Shown here in pieces: positions 24,830-37,600 of a stretch of 64,000 nucleotides of DNA. Source of the stretch: Adineta vaga (taxonomy: Eukaryota > Animalia > Rotifera); contig CP075492.1 of the NCBI GenBank assembly GCA_021613535.1, positions 8,494,001 to 8,558,000 of the forward strand. The letters run 5' to 3'. Position 1 is the stretch's first letter. Each line of letters opens with the position of its first letter. The notes beneath the pieces were generated by a model. The model saw only the letters and a list, made by a program, of their open reading frames with translations, did not search any database and had not been told where the DNA came from. A program made the translations under genes and the position numbers.

Positions 24830-25529
24830 CAATATCTACTTTATTTATTTGAAATAAGTTAAAATACAATACAATGAAAAGAGAAAAACAAAATGCACTA
24901 TTCTCCTTCAGACTAATTATGATCATCCAATATATTCCATAGACCAAACTGATATGCAATTATTAGAGTCATATATCCTATATGTAAATGAAAAAAATAT
25001 CGCTACATTCCACTGTTCTCAACTGATCGATACTCTTCTTAAAAAACAACAAGAATAATACTCCCTTTTCTTATACCGATTTGAATTGAAAACGTGTGCT
25101 TTCGGAACACCCGGATTTTGCCAATCGGTTGATGATACATATCTTCGAAACTCGACTTCCTTACCACTATGACGACAATGTTGAAGATACACCGATAAAA
25201 TTGACTATTTTGTTGTGCATTCTAATAGTATCATCACAAACAAATAGAATTTCAGGTTCGGTGGCCTTCAACATGTCCGATCGACCCTAGGCGTCGGTGT
25301 TAAACGACGAAAGCAGAGTTTTAGATGATCGAACACACTGGAAGCCGGGTTTTTACTCAGGCGTAAAAAGTCCGAGCGACTACGAAGTATGCTTTAGCAA
25401 CAATGCGATTGCAAAATTTGGGTGCAAAGACAGCACCCGTTTCCAATCCGTCATCGGTATAGGTTATTAGCCACCGGGAGTGTGTTGTTGAGACACGACG
25501 CGCGGTTGATGATCAGATGTGGAAGATGT
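24830..25529 (-). ncRNA. Candidate structured Pol II noncoding RNA, copy 1 (family unrecognised)
   Basis: TATATAAA at 25560-25553, 31 nt upstream of a putative start at 25529. GC-enriched core with several hairpins whose G-U pairs mostly favour the - strand. AATAAA near 24845. No long ORF. Near-identical to copy 2. Confidence 0.55.
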
Positions 25530-25552
25530 AAAAATACATGAGAAAACGTGTC

Positions 25553-25560
25553 TTTATATA
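25553..25560 (-). promoter_or_regulatory. TATA box of candidate ncRNA copy 1
   Basis: TATATAAA on the - strand, conserved with its context in both copies. Confidence 0.55.
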
Positions 25561-26429
25561 GTCGACGTTGTTATTACACAACGAACAGTCAATGGAGAAT
25601 ATTCCAGAAAAGAGGAAAGAACGAAAAAACAAAATTACAAAGAAAACGTGTATAGTGGTGTAAGTTATTTTGTTTTGTTTCACATATCTAGGCAATACGT
25701 GCAAAATTGAGCTAGTAGAATGCAATCAGGTTGTTACGTAGGTAAGAGACCGATACATACAAAATAAAAATAAAAAATGAGAGTGTTGCAAGCGTATTGT
25801 GAAACAAAAGTAAAAAATAATCAAGACGCAATAGCAAAAGTCTGTTGTTTCCGTCAGTGATTCTATGGAACTTCAAAATATGTCTGTAAGGCCTGACGAT
25901 GCGATGCTGTTTGATTGAGTTGTTTTTGTTTATTCAGAAAAATGTAGGAGGTAACAATTTTACGTCTATCATTTTTGTTATGAATACTACGAGAAGAAAA
26001 CGAAATTTGAATAGATTTTAGATAAACATTGCTTCCAAAGTAAAAGTAAGAATATTTAAGAATCAATGCTTGTTCAAAGCCATCGTCTGTTAGTATATTC
26101 TAACGCTGATTTTATTAGCTCATTTCTTTAGCATTAACTACGTGTACTATCGAGCAAATGTTTGTAGTGAACGATGTATAAAGAAAAAGACATTAAGATA
26201 GAACAGATGGTAGTATTCTGCGTTAACTATGATAAAAAGATTTTGTCATGACGATGCGAGATAAAACTTTGCAAATGTTTTATTTTTCAGTGTTTATATT
26301 TGGATTTTGCTCAAAAGATCCATTGAAAACTATCTAGACAAAACAGCAATGACGCATTCAGCGAACAAACTATGAGATGAATAAAATAAATATTTGTTAT
26401 CTTTAACCGATGATTTGTAGATTTATTGA

Positions 26430-27157
26430 CATAGTTTAATGTTTTATTTATATATGACAGTTTAAAAAACAATACAATGAAATAAAAAATACAACTCTTT
26501 CTATTTCTATGCTAATTCACCTGTTTCAGAGACCAACCATCATCATGCAGCATATTCCATAGACCAAACTGATATATGATTGCTAAAACCAACATTTACG
26601 TATATAATAAAACGTTTCATGTCTAAATATTCTCGATGATATTGTAAAACGAACTAAAATAAATACCCACCTTTGTAGTAAACTCACTCTGGTAACCAAA
26701 TTGTACCATCGATGTGAATTGAAAGCGATTACTATCAGAAAAATCCGAACTTGACAATATGGTTGATGATGCATATCTTCGAAACTCGACTTCCTTACCA
26801 CTATGACGACAATGTTGAAGATACACCGATAAAATTGACTATTTTGTTGTGCATTCTAATAGTATCATCACAAACAAATAGAATTTCAGGTTCGGTGGCC
26901 TTCAACATGTCCGATCGACCCTAGGCGTCGGTGTTAAACGACGAAAGCAGAGTTTTAGATGATCGAACACACTGGAAGCCGGGTTTTTACTCAGACGTAA
27001 AAAGTCCGAGCGACTACGAAGTATTCTTAGCAAGCATAAGCAGGTTTTATTTTAACGATAGCAAACGTTTCCAATCCGTCATCGGTGTAGGTTATTAGCC
27101 ACCGAGCGTGTGTTGTTGAGACACGACGTGCGGTTGATGATCAGATGTGGAAGATGT
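26430..27157 (-). ncRNA. Candidate structured Pol II noncoding RNA, copy 2
   Basis: TATATAAA at 27188-27181, putative start 27157, same structured core as copy 1, AATAAA at 26448-26443. Confidence 0.55.
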
Positions 27158-27180
27158 AAAAATACATGAGAAAACGTGTC

Positions 27181-27188
27181 TTTATATA
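27181..27188 (-). promoter_or_regulatory. TATA box of candidate ncRNA copy 2
   Basis: TATATAAA on the - strand with the same spacing as copy 1. Confidence 0.55.
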
Positions 27189-27783
27189 GTCGACGTTGTT
27201 ATTACACAACGAACAGTCAATAGAAGAAAAAAGAAAAGAGAACGACAAAAAAGAATTACAAAGGAAGCATGTATGGTGGTGTAACTCGCTGTGTTTTGTT
27301 TCATATATCTACATGATAAATAAGGTATTCAGTTAGTCATATGTAATCAAGCTGACGCGTAGGTAGAAGAATCACGAAAAACGAAAGCAATGGAAATATT
27401 ATATGATAAAGAGATGACGTAGGACTTAAGAACAAAAAAGATTTCAAGATGTTTTGCTTTTTTCTTAAATTTGTGTTCGATAAGAACGAAATAATCTTTC
27501 TAGAGTATTTTCATGACAACAGTGGTTCACTTTCTTCCTACAATCAGAGAACTTATAATATATTTTCACTCACGTGTTCAAACATTTATCAACACGTTAT
27601 TTATATTCAATCGTTCGATCAAAACAAATGCATTATATAGATAACGGTTGTTCATGATAGTAAAATGTTAAATCGAATAGAAAATAAACAATAACAAACA
27701 AAAGTAGCTAAAGAGAAAAACGATAAGAGATAATAATCGTCTATGCATTCTAGCACGAATTTTTCGAGAAAATATCGATGATT

Positions 27784-28833
27784 TCATTTCCCTGTTGATA
27801 ATGCTCCGGCACCCATACCAAATCCTACACCTTTAGGTCCAAATAAACGTTGATAACAATCTAAACAAATATATTCACTTAGAGACTTGCAAAATCAATA
27901 TTTTCATCATTCTTACTATTATCGTACAGTTCGCCATCATGTTCACTGTATCGACCACCACTGATACTTCCTTTACAATGTGCACAACTATAACATCGCT
28001 TATGAAATGACTAAAATATACTTGACGAATGTGATTCTGAACGAAAACGAAATGAAAAAAGAATGTAATTGACTTACTTTTCCAGCAGCTTTGACTTCTT
28101 CAGCAGAATAGACAGTTTTGGAACAACGTGGACAGATATTTTGTGAAATACTCATCGTTTTAAATGCTGCACCACTAGTTACACTTGCTGATGTTGGTCG
28201 ATTGATAGTTGACGGTTTTTGTCGTGCTACTACCCCACTAACAAATGGCATACTAGTAGTACGACGTGAATCATCATCAGATGAAATACGCGATGGTGAA
28301 GAACTGACTGAATTTTCGTGAGTGAAACTATTTTGATCACTATTTGCTAGTTCATTGATTGAATCATTTTCTTCACTATTTGCATTGGGACTATTCGGTG
28401 GTGTTTCTAAATCAGTTGGTAATGCTGTAGCCAAACCCCGACCAACTAAACATAATTCATTTATTTAGCTTTCAGTTTACAAACAAATCAAAGCATTATG
28501 TACCTCCTCGTGGACCAAATTGACGACGATAACATGGTACACAATAAATCTTCTTTTCACGTTCATTTAAATTACCAGTATTAAGTAATGTATTGCAAGA
28601 AGCTAAAATGCAAGACACGAGAGAATATTCGATGAAAGAAACGAAAAAAATGATATCTTACTGCATTTAAGACAAAGTTTATGAAATTTCTGTCCAGCAG
28701 CATTGACTTCTTCAGCAGGATACACGGTTTTGTTACAAAATGCACATAATGGCGCTGTGTAGGATACTCGCCAAAGTGCAGGTTTATTGCCAGGTTTATC
28801 ATCTGATTGAATGTTGCTTCTGTACGATGTCAT
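27784..28833 (-). CDS. Cysteine-rich/muscle LIM protein (two LIM domains), paralog B
   Basis: [21 protein letters not shown] and a second LIM identical to paralog A. Ends in the canonical CRP Gly-rich tail [19 protein letters not shown]. Confidence 0.9.
27906..28156 (-). repeat. Right arm of the 251-bp perfect inverted repeat (partner 22725-22975)
   Basis: Exact reverse complement of 22725-22975. Confidence 0.95.
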
Positions 28834-30872
28834 GATCTTTAGTGGAAAAAAAACGATTATCTCTCGTTTTGAATAGATGTAAACAAAAAGAAAGACTTAC
28901 AGGTGATGTTTTATCTGTTGAATTTATAATGGAAAGATCTGCTGAATCCGGATACTAAAAAAATAGAATTAATATGAATAATAAATAATTTAGAAAAATA
29001 GAAAGACAATCGAATCAATAGAATCAATTTATCTTACTCGACTCAAAAGTAAATCGAATGTACGTGAAAAACGAGGCGTTGGAGATGGAGGTGTCCGTCT
29101 CATATCTTTCTCAAATTCAGTTCGTCGTCGCATGTGTAGATAGATGAAGAAAATGAAAGAGAAAAATGGATCTAAGCGTTATGTATATCGATGGAAACAA
29201 AAGAATTTTTCTGTTCTTGTTCATTACCGCGTGGTCAAATCATATGTATATAGTTCGTCAGTCTTAGCAAATATTGCATATGAGAAAAGAGAAGAAAGAA
29301 TATTTTGTTTTATCTATCACATTTCTATAAAGTAGTTTTTCTTTCAGTTACCTATAATCAAGCAAATTACATAAGTAAAACATACGCTGATAGGAAGTGT
29401 AATAAAGCAAAACAACATGACTGTTAGAGAACGAATACGTTTCTACCTGTTACATGAAAGCGATTGATTATAGGCAAAAAAAATAAATATAAATGAATAT
29501 TGTCAATCAAATGATCGTATGAAATCAAGCATGTGAAAAGTAATTTTGAAGGCCACGAAAATACATTTGTTATCAAAGAATCAAACCAATAGGAATATCA
29601 TATTTTTGCTTAAAGAGATTAACTATAGTGACTTTATCGTATTCAATTGCGAGTAAGTCGTTTTTTCTTCTAAATTTAACACTTTCGAACTCATATACGC
29701 GATTAATTTCGAGAAATATTCAATGGACTTCGATCTTTGAAAGCGTTTCGTATCATGATATGAATATTCTCATAGATTTCATTTGCAAATTCATGAAGAT
29801 AATCACGTATCAATTGTCGGAATCGAATTAAATGTTTATTTTGATCAATTACAATTGAATACAATCGATAGTACCTTGTCGAATATCTTCAGTTTTATCT
29901 ACTATTGATAAATTGAGTAAAATGAGTGAGAGTTTGTCTTATTTTCGGTATCTGTTGTTCAAAAGAATCGATAAATATTTGTTCTTTCTCTACAAATATT
30001 TTTGTATGTGAGTAACCTCGAGAAAATGTTTTGTTAATTGAAAGTGACATAATAAAAAAAACCTGAGAAAGGAGAAAAATCACAAATAAATTTAAAAAAA
30101 ATGCGCATTTTCACAGTCTGAGAAATATTTTAATAGAATAATGTTTTTCTCTTCTTTAAACTTATACTAAGATAGAAGGATATATGAATGAAGAAGTATG
30201 AGATTAGAAAATCATATTGTTCGTTTTCATTTTTCCATGTAAATGTGATAATTATTTCCAGAGCATGAGTTTTTCTTTTCATAATGATCATATAATAGAT
30301 TTGTCAGGCACTCGTGAAAGATCATCTAATCGTGTTGACATAGACTATAGGAAAACTAAACTGAAAAAACTCATCATCATTGTCGTTTCTTATGAAATGG
30401 GATTTGAATATTTAAAAGGATAGGTGAAAGGAAGTTTTTTTCTTCTAACTATGATAATTTCTGTATCACATTAAATATAGATTGAATACTGAAGAATGTG
30501 TTTTCTAAATCTAACAGTTGCTTATCAAGATTTTTATACTTTCAAATTGAAAGAGTCTCGAGTTCATCAATATATTGCGACATCTTTCCATAGAATAGTT
30601 TTAAAACGAAAACATAAAAGGAATCCTCTTTTTTTTCGTGAAAAAGCAAATACAATGTTCGTTGTATTAGGCTTTTCTTTCCCATAATTACTTCCCTAAA
30701 ACGATATTTAGTATGACAGAATCGAACGATTCTTTTTTTCTTTTCTCCTTTAGAATAACCCATTCGACAAGAGAAATTCCATCAGGAGAATAACAAGTGT
30801 AAGTATTTCTTCAGTTGAAGAAATATGAATTATTAAATATTCTACATAAAAAAAAGAACCTGTTATATTTAG

Positions 30873-33208
30873 ATGAAGAGACAGATGTGTGTTCTTGCTA
30901 TTCTTATCTTCATAATCGTCGTTCGTGGAGAAAACTATGACAATAGCATATCTTTTTTCGATGATGATGTACAGCAAAATATAAATCTAACATGTCTCTG
31001 TATCGGTGATGAAAATTGTGATCTCAACTCTCGAACTTGTCGAATAACACATTCTGATCATGCTTGTTACGAAAGTTGGACAAGATATATGTATGATGAA
31101 ACCATTCATGTTACTGCTGGGTATGGTAACAAGTATTTTTATTCGTTTATTCAATAGTTTATCTTCGTCATTTAGATGTATGTATAATGATTTCTTAATT
31201 ACGCAAATTCTATGTCATAGTAATCAAACCAATCGATATATTATTTGTTGTACTGAAAGAAATAATTGCAATGATCGTGATGCATATTCAAATGATATAC
31301 GAAAGCAATTTTCATTATTGAGTAAGTTAGAAAGGAGAAGAAATTCTTAAATTAAGATTAAAACTTTTCATTGCGTGTAGATAAACGTAAAATATCAAAT
31401 AAATTCCCGTTGATATCGATACTGTGTCTTTCGATTGGATTTATCTCTTTGAGTATATGTTTACTTGCATTTCTTTTAATTCGTCGAAAACGAAATAGGT
31501 GTGTATATGATAAATCGACGAATTGAATGAATGAAAAAATATCATGTTATTAATAGAACAAAGTCATTAGCACATGATTCGAAAAATGACGAATCAACTT
31601 TGAAACGACGATTACTGAACTATTTATGTCATCAATCAGAACCTTTGTCAACTGTTATTAAAATCGATGAACTTTTTGATGAAATGTCAGAAGGTTCAGA
31701 TCGATGTGGTAAATTTTCTCGTGTAAATATTATATCTGAATATTTCTACATTGTCTATTCTAGGTACTCCTTTTTTAACACCAATTCATTTCGCTAAACA
31801 AATTACGTTAGATAAAAAAATTGGTGTTGGTGGATATGGTTGTGTTTACCGTGGTAAATGGCATGATGAAATTATTGCTGTAAAAATCTTCTCATCGACT
31901 GATGAACCATCATGGGTTCGCGAAGTTTATATTTATGAAACACTTTGTTTAAATCATGAAAATATTCTTCGATACATTGCTGCAGATAATATTGTAAGTT
32001 ATTTAGATAATTTTACCAATCATAAAACAATTGGTCTATTTATCGGTTTTTCACTCAGACTGACACTGATGTCTATTCTTGTTTTTTAATACTTGAAAAA
32101 CAATAGACTATAGTCTTGTTGTAAACATATGAGACACTGTCTGGACGTAATGCTCCATTGATTTTTGTTATGTCTGAAGAAAATCATCGAAATTTCTTCT
32201 TTCAATTTTAGGATATTTCGAATTGTATTGAACGTTGGATAGCGACGGAATATCATGAAAATGGATCGGTATACGATTATCTTACCACTCATACAATTAC
32301 AGTACCAATTATGATTAAAATGATGTTTAGTATTGCTAGTGGTCTCTATCATTTACATCGACCGATTGATGCAGCACGAGGTTAGAAATTTGTGTTCATT
32401 AAATTAACTTTCTTCTATTCTTTAGGAAAAGTATCACTTGCACATCGTGATTTGAAAACGAAAAATATACTTGTAAAAAAAGACTTATCCTGTTGTATAG
32501 CTGATTTAGGACTTGCAGTAAAAGAAAAACGTCAAATTCGTGCAGTAGAAGAAAAACCTACAGTAATTGATATTATTGCAAACCATCGTGCAGGAACGAT
32601 TCGTAAGTATAGAAAATGAACACAAGAATATCTTATATAATTCATTTCTCTTAGGTTATATGTCTCCAGAAATCCTTAATAAAACATTAAATGATCAAAG
32701 TTTCGAATCATATAAAGCTGCGGATCTCTATGCATTAGGTTTAGTCTTTTGGGAAATCTTACGAAGGTGTCGAACAATATCGGAAGGTTTTCTATTTTCC
32801 ATTAGTTATTATCTTATTATTAGTTCGCATTTAACTTCATTTAGTAAATGATGCCGATTCATATCTGCTTCCGTATGAAGATACACTACCGAATAATCCA
32901 TCATTTGAACAAATGCATGAAGTTGTATATATAAGAAAGCTTCGGCCTTTACCTTCATCTCGATGGACAAATCATTCAGTAAATCAAATTGTTTCGTTTG
33001 AACTTTGATAATGAAGATTTCTCTTTTTTGTCTTTAGACTTTTTGTTACATTTTTGATCGATGTCAAGAATTATGGTTAGACGATCCAACATGTCGTCCA
33101 AGTAGTTATCTAATTCAAAAACAACTACGAGAACAATCGCAATCTATTGAAATTGAATCATTAAATACTTATATTGGATCTCAAATTGAAGGTCCAAATA
33201 CTGTTTAA
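30873..33208 (+). CDS. TGF-beta superfamily type I receptor Ser/Thr kinase (divergent)
   Basis: Signal peptide, activin-receptor Cys box (CC..RNNCN), TM helix, [70 protein letters not shown]. Confidence 0.9.
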
Positions 33209-34214
33209 TAATTCTCAATATTTTGTCTCATTGCCTGCAACTATTGATCTTTGTCTAACAAATCTTCTGTCAGATTCTTTCTTTCTTTCTTTCTTTCTTT
33301 TCCGAATTTATTTTATCATCTTCGGTAGCAGCATATGTTTTTGTCACATTGTTTATGAAAATCATTACGCTAATAATTAAATTTTTATTTTATTTCAGTG
33401 TAGATAATAAATACATGTCAATGCTTCATCAATACAAATTCGTAGGAAAAAGAGAACTACTACTACTGTAAGAGATTTTAAACAAATGCTGAATCGATTA
33501 TTGCTCAAATTATTTTGATTGCTCAAATATTTCTTTTCATTGGTCGAGATAGAAATGCTATTTATTCAATTGACTCTACTGCTGAATGAGTCCTTTTCAA
33601 ATTTAGTTCATTCGATGATCTCTTGTTTGGGTACTTCTCAATACAGTCCGTCTTTTTCTGTTCTCATTTTGTTTTCTCTCTCCCATTCGGGAAAAAAAGC
33701 AGATATATACTCGCATGTATTCATGACTATATGTACATAAAGGTTATTGACAAAACCTCATTAGTCGAGTAATTTGTGCAGAAGGACCCAGCGTAAAACC
33801 AGATCATGTACCAACAGTAGCTGTAAATAAATGTAAAAAGCTTAATCTTTCAATAAGTACATTGGGTATCTGTATATGTACGTTAGAATTATCGATTATT
33901 GTTTTTCTCGCTGTTATTTATTATATAACTTATTATTTTCTCTACAAAATAAGGACATACATAACAACAGTTAATTGTTTCGAGACCGTTATGAAACTAA
34001 GTCTTGCGGGAACGAATAAGGACCGAAACGGGGACTATCCAGTTAAAACACAACGTTCGTCCTGTCATATTTGAGTAACATGAGATAATTAATTGCAATA
34101 CCTTTTCTCCCACGATTGATTAAACTTGCAAAGCTCGCTGATATATTTAACTTGTAAGAACAGAACAAAGTTTCTTTTCTGTAAACAATCACCTGTAATG
34201 TAATTAATTCATCG

Positions 34215-34241
34215 TATATATATATATATATATATATATAT
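34215..34241. repeat. (TA)n microsatellite (similar tracts near 10914-10937, 43138-43155, 60514-60532, 61278-61297)
   Basis: Visible directly in the sequence. Confidence 0.9.
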
Positions 34242-34630
34242 TTACTTCAGTTTGTCATCTTTATAAGACATTTTTGATTGCTTAATTGTCACAGATGTCA
34301 ATCACAGACACATGCCGACTGCTATGCAAAGAAAGTACTTCCTTTTTACAATGTAACAAAAGTATATTGAATTTTCAATTCTATAACATATAATTAAACG
34401 CAATTATCATGTCAACATAAATGCTTTGATTCAGTCAAGTTGACTTTATTATTGGTATTCAATCATATGAAATAACTATCAGGATTTAGCTTTGATTGAT
34501 CTTCTTAATTAGCTTATTTATGATTTAAAATGATTAAGTTAAACGAAATATTTTGAATAAAATCAATGATAATTCCTTGTATCAATTGTAATGTGAGAAA
34601 AATGTGAGAAACTACTTTCTAGATTTCTAT

Positions 34631-37600
34631 ATGAGTAAAATACCGACTAATCGTTCTATCCCAACACCAACTAAACCAGTTTTTCGTGAGCGTCGAATAT
34701 CGGCAAATTCTCAACAACTAAATCCATCTACCAATGCATCATCAGATAATCCATTTAGACTTGCTGATCAAGTTACTACTAGTGGAAAATCAGGCACAGT
34801 AGCATTCGTCGGTCGTACACAATTTTCTGAAGGTTTTATGAAATTTTATATTATATAGATATTCTACAGAAACTTATTTTAAAATAGGCGAATGGATTGG
34901 AATTATTCTCGATGAAGTACAAGGCAAAAATGGTAGATGCGAAAACGTGTAGTTACATACAACATAATCTTTCTTTTTTTCATTGCATTTAGATGGTTCC
35001 TATAACGGTGTTCGATATTTTGAAACTGATATGAATCGTGGTCTTTTTTGTCGACCAGATAAAGTTCAACATCTTCCATCAAATGATGTTTCACAGAGAA
35101 TTTCATCATATAATCCATCGGGATTATCTATGCCAGGTATAAAAGAAAGATATTCAACGAAGAAATATAGGATCATATAATTAGATATAATCTGTTTTTT
35201 TAAGTAGAATATCAAGTTAATAAATCATCGTCGAATAGAACTATGAATCTATTAGATGCGTCATCAATTAAAAATCTTCAAATTGGAGATCACGTCGTTA
35301 TTCGTGGGACAAAATATGGTATACTAAAATATATTGGAAAAATTCATATTAATGAAGGTATTTGGTGTGGTATTAAATTAGATGGACCATTAGGGAAGCA
35401 CAATGGTAAAATAGAAGGTGTACGATATTTTCGATGTCAACATCGTTTTGGAATCTTTGCTCCATTACGACATGTTGAAAAAATTGTTGTCGATTCTCGT
35501 ACTCCGCGTGCATTGACTGATCGATCACATGGTTCACGAGATTCATATAATCATTGTCGTGATTCGAGTCCAGATTCGAATCTATCTGTCTCTTCATCAC
35601 CATCAAGTAATTCCAATCATTTTCAACCACGATCATCAAGTCACACTAAAACATCTAATTCGTTAAAAGATTCATCGACTCGAGAAAAGGCATTATCAAC
35701 TGAAATTACAAATTTAATGCAAAAAATCCAAGAGAAAGATAAATATATTGAAAAATTACAACAAGATAATCAAAAAGATCGTTTCGAACTTTCACATACA
35801 ACAGAAAAAATGAACGAAATGGAAATCAATATTCTCGCATTACAACAACAGCAAGATATGAAAGAAAAGGAAAATGAACATTTAATCAAACAACAAGTCG
35901 AATTTAATCAACGTTTAGAAGATTTACAATTTCAACTTGAAGAATATCAATATCCCGATACAGATCAAGATCATCCAGTCATTCCTCCTGATCATTATCT
36001 TTTATCAACAGAAAAACTAGCCAATTATGAAGAAAACAAATCAAAAATACTTGAACTTCAGGCAATCAATGTAAATCTATCCCAGCAAAATCAGATCTTT
36101 CAACAAGAGTTCAAACGACATCAAGAACTTATAGAAAAAGAAAAGTTAACCGATAAATTTATTGAAGAATTAAAAAGACAAATTGAATTATTAAAATCAC
36201 AAATAGCTGATCTTAAACTAAAAGGTAAAAATTCAATTTATTCTTTGTCTAAAACAACTCTTATCTGTAGAACAAAACACAATATCACAATTGGCAACAA
36301 GTGAAGCATCTTATAAACAACAAATCAAAGAATATCAATCACGAATCGATCAAATCACTAAAGAATCACAAAATGTAAGACAAGTGTTCTATGAATTCAG
36401 AATTTCGAAAAATGACATTTGACACATGTAGATACGCCTTCGATTATCAACATTAGAAGAAGAGAAACAAACAAGTGATAAACGAATCAATGATTTACTT
36501 GAAGCATTAAAACATCAAAAGGAAAATATTGTACCTGAATTAGAGAAACAATGTCAAACATTGAAAGCAGAATTACAAAATCGAGGTAAAATATTTGTTA
36601 TTCTTTCGAATTGAAATATCTTTTCTTCTGATTGTTCGTTTACCTGTAGAACGTACGACCGATATGGCATTTAGTGAACGAGAAAAATACTATGAAGAAC
36701 AAATAAGACAATATCAAGATAAAATCAATCAAGCTACTCGTGAAACAGAAAAATCATATGCAACATTACAGTATATACAGGAAGAAAATGAGTTGAAAGA
36801 TAGACGAACCGAAGCTTTAATTACGAAATTAAAAGAGAATTATGAACAGGTTCAAACAGAATTGACCGAATTAAATAATCGAGGTACGTTGTTAATCTTC
36901 ATCTTACATTTCTCATCTTTCTATTCTTATCTTTATTATAGAACAGCAAGTAAATCAAGCACTTAATCAACGTGAATCCTTTTTCGAACAACAAATCAAA
37001 GAGTACGAAAACAATCTTAATCAAGCTACGGATCAAACTAAAAATATTCAAAATGAATTCACCAAATTAGAAGAAGATAAAGCTTCACATGAACAAAAAT
37101 TGAATACGATTATCAATTCATTGAAACAAGATTATGAAAATCAATTTGACTTGTTAAAAATTGAATTAGCTCAGTTACAAGAAAAAGGTTTGATTAACTA
37201 AATTCTCTCTTCTTTCTTTTTCATTAATATAAGTTTAGATCGTACACAAAATATTATTTTAAATGAACGTATTGCTCATTATGAAATCGAAATCAAAGAA
37301 TATCAAATTCGAAGAGATCAAGATGAACATGTGATAGACAATCTTCGCAATGAATTAATCAGAGTACGTGAAGAAAAAGTTGTACAAGAAAAAAATTTCA
37401 ATGAAATTATCGATATATTAAAATACGATATAGAAAAACTTCAAAATGAACTCATTGGTCGATTGAAGGACAATGAAGTAAAGCATCAACAAGAAATTCA
37501 AAAATATAAAACTAATCTCGATCATATCAATGAACAAGTTCAAACTCTTCGAACAGAATTAAATAATTTACAAAAAGAGAAAGATACCAATGAAGAACAA

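Larger units (their letters stand above)
25127..27221. repeat. Direct duplication: 25127-25593 and 26761-27221, with diverged homologous flanks (about 24860-25750 and 26470-27370)
   Basis: I count six substitutions over ~420 nt, apart from one 41-47 nt variable patch. A separate identical 24-mer lies at 24932-24955 and 26552-26575. Confidence 0.95.

Noticed and set aside
25096-25290. Small ORFs overlapping the duplicated element (also 25513-25725, 25519-25710, 26583-26826)
   Set aside because: They have non-ATG starts, are not preserved end to end between the copies and have no recognisable motifs.
25127-25593. Assigning the duplicated element to U1/U2/U3, SL RNA, SRP, RNase P/MRP, 7SK, telomerase RNA, a hammerhead or a SECIS
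   Set aside because: ATACTT is not followed by ACCTG. RNase P-like words (AAAGTCCG, AACCCGGCTT) lie on opposite strands and are just arms of one hairpin. There is no CUGAUGA..GAAA core and no 1.5x telomere-like template. A GAUC/GAUC helix recalls 7SK, but internal U5 runs and an AATAAA argue against Pol III.
34000-34070. GC-rich patch with GGATAGTCCCCG on the - strand resembling RNase MRP CR-I
   Set aside because: No convincing matching CR-V (GGGGCUnA) at a suitable distance, and the flanks are AT-rich and unstructured.
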